Source of the DNA: Thermoproteota archaeon
GTDB lineage: Archaea; Thermoproteota; Thermoprotei_A; EX4484-217-1; JAPDJV01
Direction: 5' to 3'
Length of the DNA stretch: 64,000 nucleotides
NCBI GenBank assembly: GCA_029258925.1
Contig: JAPDJV010000004.1
Span: 4,645-68,644, forward strand
The notes under the pieces were generated by a model. It had not been told where the DNA came from. It did not search any database and saw nothing but the letters and a program-made list of their open reading frames with translations. A program made the position numbers and the translations under genes. Position 1 is the stretch's first letter; each line of letters starts with the position of its first letter. Below are positions 60,764 through 64,000 of the stretch, in pieces.

Positions 60764-62155
60764 TCAATAGTCTCCTACGATTTCCCTAGCTTTTTCAATA
60801 ATGTTCTCTGGTATCGATATTACTTCGGGGAAGACGCCCTTCAGTCTAGGGGGCAGAGGCTTTGTTGCATCTATGCCTCCCCGCGCAGTAAATCCGTTGA
60901 GTGAAGAAGGGTCTAGAGGCGATCCACGGGCACCCTCAACTACAATGAGATCTCTGTCTAATTGAGAACGCGTTGCTATAGCCCACAATACTTCATCCTC
61001 ATCAAATATGTCTACGTCACTGTCCACTACAACAACGTGTTTAACTACTTCGTAAGCGCTTAAAGCTGCAAGTATGGCGTTTTTCCCATCTCCCTCACGC
61101 ATCTTCTCTATTTGAATATAGCAGTGGAATCTTCCGCAACCGGATGGAGGCAAGTAAACGTTTCTAACACCCGGCACCACGTTTTTAACAGTGTGGAATA
61201 TTCTACTCTCAACAGGTATGCTTCCTAGGAAGAAGCAGTCTCTATGTCCCGGAATCACGTCGAGGTAAATGGAGTTTTTCCGCATGTTTATGGCTCTAAC
61301 AACTATGACTCTTCCATCCCTGTTCACCGGGCCATATGTTTTAGGGAATTCTCCGAAAGGCCCCTCAGTCTCTCTCACATTAGGTAAGACTTCCCCCTCA
61401 ATCACTATTTCTGCATCAGCCGGTATTAGGAAGCTCTTACCCCAAGTTGTTGAGGGGGTCAGTCTTAATGGTTCGCCTAGAACCCCGCCGATAACATGGT
61501 ATTCGTCAACTGTAATAGGCTGAACCGTCTGGGTTCCAAGGTAGAAGGCTGGGTGGTGGCCTATCACTATTGCTATGGGCATCCCCAAGTTCCTATCCTC
61601 ATATCTCCTATGGTAAATATCAGTGTGTCTACCTTTAATGAATAGTGAGACGAGTTTCCTAGGACCCTTATACATGTCTCTAATAGTTGCAGCATTATAG
61701 CCGTACTCCGGATCCCAGACAACGTGTACGCCGCCAGTAATGTATGGCCCAGCATCTTTCTCGTAGTGCTTTATTATTGGAAGCATCCTTAAGTCGGCTT
61801 CCTCCCCTGTCAACACGACTTCTTTAACAGGTGCATCGTTTTCATCGACCACTACAGGCTCTACTCCCCTAGTCTCCCTCTTATAATACTCTAGGGCGAG
61901 GAGTCTGTTGCTAGTGTTCAGAGCCCATGCACATCTATCTCTGCTGGCAAACAAGTTTGTTACTAACGGTATTCTAGACTTTGATCCCAGGAGATTGTTG
62001 ATGTTCTTGAAGAATAGTATTGGATACTTACCTTGTTTACCAAGAAGCCACACAATAGCCGCTATCTCCAGACTCGACTCAATATTAGCCTCTATGGTCA
62101 ACAAGTTATCTGGATGTTCTCTAGAAATAAACTCTAAGTAACTTCTTAAATCCAT
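60764..62155 (-). CDS. UbiD-family prFMN-dependent (de)carboxylase
   Basis: DAGPYIT, PADAEIVIEG, EGPFGEF, VDSDVDI, WAIATR, LDPS, IDATKP. Confidence 0.92.
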   Translation of the reverse strand: MDLRSYLEFISREHPDNLLTIEANIESSLEIAAIVWLLGKQGKYPILFFKNINNLLGSKSRIPLVTNLFASRDRCAWALNTSNRLLALEYYKRETRGVEPVVVDENDAPVKEVVLTGEEADLRMLPIIKHYEKDAGPYITGGVHVVWDPEYGYNAATIRDMYKGPRKLVSLFIKGRHTDIYHRRYEDRNLGMPIAIVIGHHPAFYLGTQTVQPITVDEYHVIGGVLGEPLRLTPSTTWGKSFLIPADAEIVIEGEVLPNVRETEGPFGEFPKTYGPVNRDGRVIVVRAINMRKNSIYLDVIPGHRDCFFLGSIPVESRIFHTVKNVVPGVRNVYLPPSGCGRFHCYIQIEKMREGDGKNAILAALSAYEVVKHVVVVDSDVDIFDEDEVLWAIATRSQLDRDLIVVEGARGSPLDPSSLNGFTARGGIDATKPLPPRLKGVFPEVISIPENIIEKAREIVGDY

Positions 62156-62626
62156 GGTTTTCCCCCAACCAGAATAGTCCTAGTACTTTATTGTAGATGA
62201 AACCAGTATATTAAAATACCTTGATAAAGTCTCTCCAGATGGAAGCAAGTACATGGTGCATAGTGCTTAAGCAATCTTTAAATTGGCTAAATATTTTGAT
62301 GGCCATTGTCACGACTACGGTCATCACGGCGATGAGAGCCGTCAAATCATGTAGATGTTTGCCCATACTCTCAGACAATTGTTCGACTGTTTTCTCTCGA
62401 AGACTTGTGAAGGCTTGAAATCGAGTTATTAAAGTTATAAAGATTGCCGGACTTACTAATGAAAGCCGAGATCGTAGCTGGCGTGAGGTAAGTTTCTCAT
62501 GTAACAATACTTCTTCTCCTGCAATAAGATTACGTAAAGTAAGTTAGTATTGAATAATTATTGCTGATCGGCTGTAGCCTGAACTGGTGGTAGAATTAAT
62601 ATAAAATAAAAATATTGTTGTTTTAT

Positions 62627-64000
62627 TTATGCTATTTTACCTATTTTAGCTAGCTCGTCTGCTACGTCTGCTAGTCCTAGTTCTTCTAGCTTCTTCCTCG
62701 TTATGTAGCCTGTCTTCTTATCCCAGCCGAATGCTTCATATGCTTCGTCGAGGAGTTCATCGAACTTTATGACAGCCTGTCCCTTTGCTGGTCCCGTGGT
62801 TACTGGCTCTAGCAGTCTCTTTGGCAGAGTGTCGTGTCTCCTGTCGAATCCTTCTCTAATGTTGAATGCTCTCTTCAAGTTCCATGCACGCTCGGCTGCT
62901 ACCAGCAGGTCTTTGCCAGTTACTTCTATGCCTGTTAGAGAGCTGTATAGTCTGGCCAGTCTCTTAGGCGTTAGACAGCTGTCCTCGGAGCCCCATAATG
63001 GGAATCTGCATATACCTAGGCTTTCGGCTAGCTCACCGTGTAGTGCTAACAATCTATATGCTATTCCTCTCTTAACACCTACCTCAGCATACTTGTCTGG
63101 TGGTGGCCATGGTAGTCCAAACTCTCTTAAACCGTTATCTAATGGTATGAAGTCGTATGCTCCAGCCCAGTTCGGATGCATGTGACATGCTCCTCTGGGT
63201 GTAACAGCGTACTGTATTACGAAGTTCCTTGACTCTCCTCTTGGATCATGTGCTGGAACCTCTAGTCCCTTAACGTGGACAGCGAACTCATCGGCACCCT
63301 TACCTATCTTCTCCGCTGCTTTCTTAACTCCTTCAGCCAGAACGTCTCCGAATCCCTCTCTCTTAGCTATTGCATCCACTAACGTTAATATTACATCTGG
63401 GTCTCCCCATCTAAGCTTTAAGCCGCCAGTGTCCTCCTCGGTTATGTATCCTCTCTCGAATGCTTCAATAGCGAAAGCAATCACGTTACCCGTTGATATA
63501 GTGTCTAGACCATAATTGTTGCACAAGTAGTTTGCTCTCACTACCGCCTCTAAGTCTGTTAGTAGTGATTGTACGCCTAGCATATCTGAGGTCTCGTACT
63601 CTGGTCCCTCATGTAGTGGTGTCGGATACTTGCCGTCTGGCACCCAAGAGTATCTACCGCAACCTATCGTGCAGCCGAAGCAAGCTCTCCTCTTAACCAA
63701 GTACTTCTCGGCTAACATGTCTCCTGACATGCTGTCTGCTTCAGGGAAGTAGGTTGTCTTGAAGTTCATTGTTGGGAGTGCGCCTGCAGCATTCAACGCG
63801 TTAACTAAGCCTATAGTGCCCAGCATACCTAGGATTTCCCTGAAAACATACTTCTTCATTGCCTCGTGTGCTTCCAAGGCGTCTTCGAAGAACTTGTCTG
63901 GTTTCGCTGGTACAATGCTCTTCTCGCCGAAAACCACGATAGCCTTCAAGTTCTTGGATCCCATTACAGCACCGCCGCCGCATCTTCCAGCAGCTCTATC
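62627..64000 (-). CDS. Aldehyde:ferredoxin oxidoreductase family (W/Mo); 5' end lies beyond the window
   Basis: AAGRCGGGAVMGSKNLKA, CFGCTIGC, GPEYET, GLDTISTG, HDPRG, RGACH. Confidence 0.93.
   Translation of the reverse strand, partial: DRAAGRCGGGAVMGSKNLKAIVVFGEKSIVPAKPDKFFEDALEAHEAMKKYVFREILGMLGTIGLVNALNAAGALPTMNFKTTYFPEADSMSGDMLAEKYLVKRRACFGCTIGCGRYSWVPDGKYPTPLHEGPEYETSDMLGVQSLLTDLEAVVRANYLCNNYGLDTISTGNVIAFAIEAFERGYITEEDTGGLKLRWGDPDVILTLVDAIAKREGFGDVLAEGVKKAAEKIGKGADEFAVHVKGLEVPAHDPRGESRNFVIQYAVTPRGACHMHPNWAGAYDFIPLDNGLREFGLPWPPPDKYAEVGVKRGIAYRLLALHGELAESLGICRFPLWGSEDSCLTPKRLARLYSSLTGIEVTGKDLLVAAERAWNLKRAFNIREGFDRRHDTLPKRLLEPVTTGPAKGQAVIKFDELLDEAYEAFGWDKKTGYITRKKLEELGLADVADELAKIGKIA

Noticed and set aside
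62211-62507. Short ORFs between UbiD and AOR
   Set aside because: No recognisable motifs, and the competing ORFs on both strands are likely non-coding or degraded
1-64000. Numerous antisense/shadow ORFs in the track; CRISPR arrays, tRNA, rRNA, transposases
   Set aside because: Shadow ORFs overlap well-supported genes and lack motifs; no repeat-spacer array, cloverleaf, rRNA or transposase signature was seen by eye

Overview
Archaeal DNA, most consistent with a thermophilic Thermoproteota/TACK lineage: AGOG glycosylase, DtdA, PaREP1, a short crenarchaeal-type ThrRS and GGTGA-type Shine-Dalgarno motifs. It may be a MAG with concatenated contigs, since there is an apparent break near 3698. Main blocks: (1) nickel-pincer nucleotide (NPN) cofactor genes, with larE at the left edge and larB-larC-608 aa orphan-stand-alone LarC C-terminal domain at 15.3-19.9 kb, but no canonical larA. 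(2) A tetrahydromethanopterin/F420 C1 cluster at 22.6-39.2 kb: ftr-mtd-fwdDB-fwdA-fwdC-mch-RimK, DUF2193, CofE-like, two paralogous nucleotidyltransferases, HTH-PfkB and cofC. It ends in an in-frame fusion of an MtrA-like corrinoid domain to thymidylate synthase; mer and mcr are not seen in the window. (3) An operon at 54.8-58.7 kb encoding a MoCF/CinA-domain protein, a ferredoxin-BFD fusion, a remote LarA-like protein and a NadC-like phosphoribosyltransferase with altered substrate motifs, next to a hydratase, SDR, UbiD and AOR. The window also has decayed toxin-antitoxin loci, a HEPN-MNT pair, acdAB, housekeeping genes and at least one C/D-box sRNA. I saw no rRNA, tRNA or CRISPR array. All family calls come from motif recognition by eye; no searches were run.
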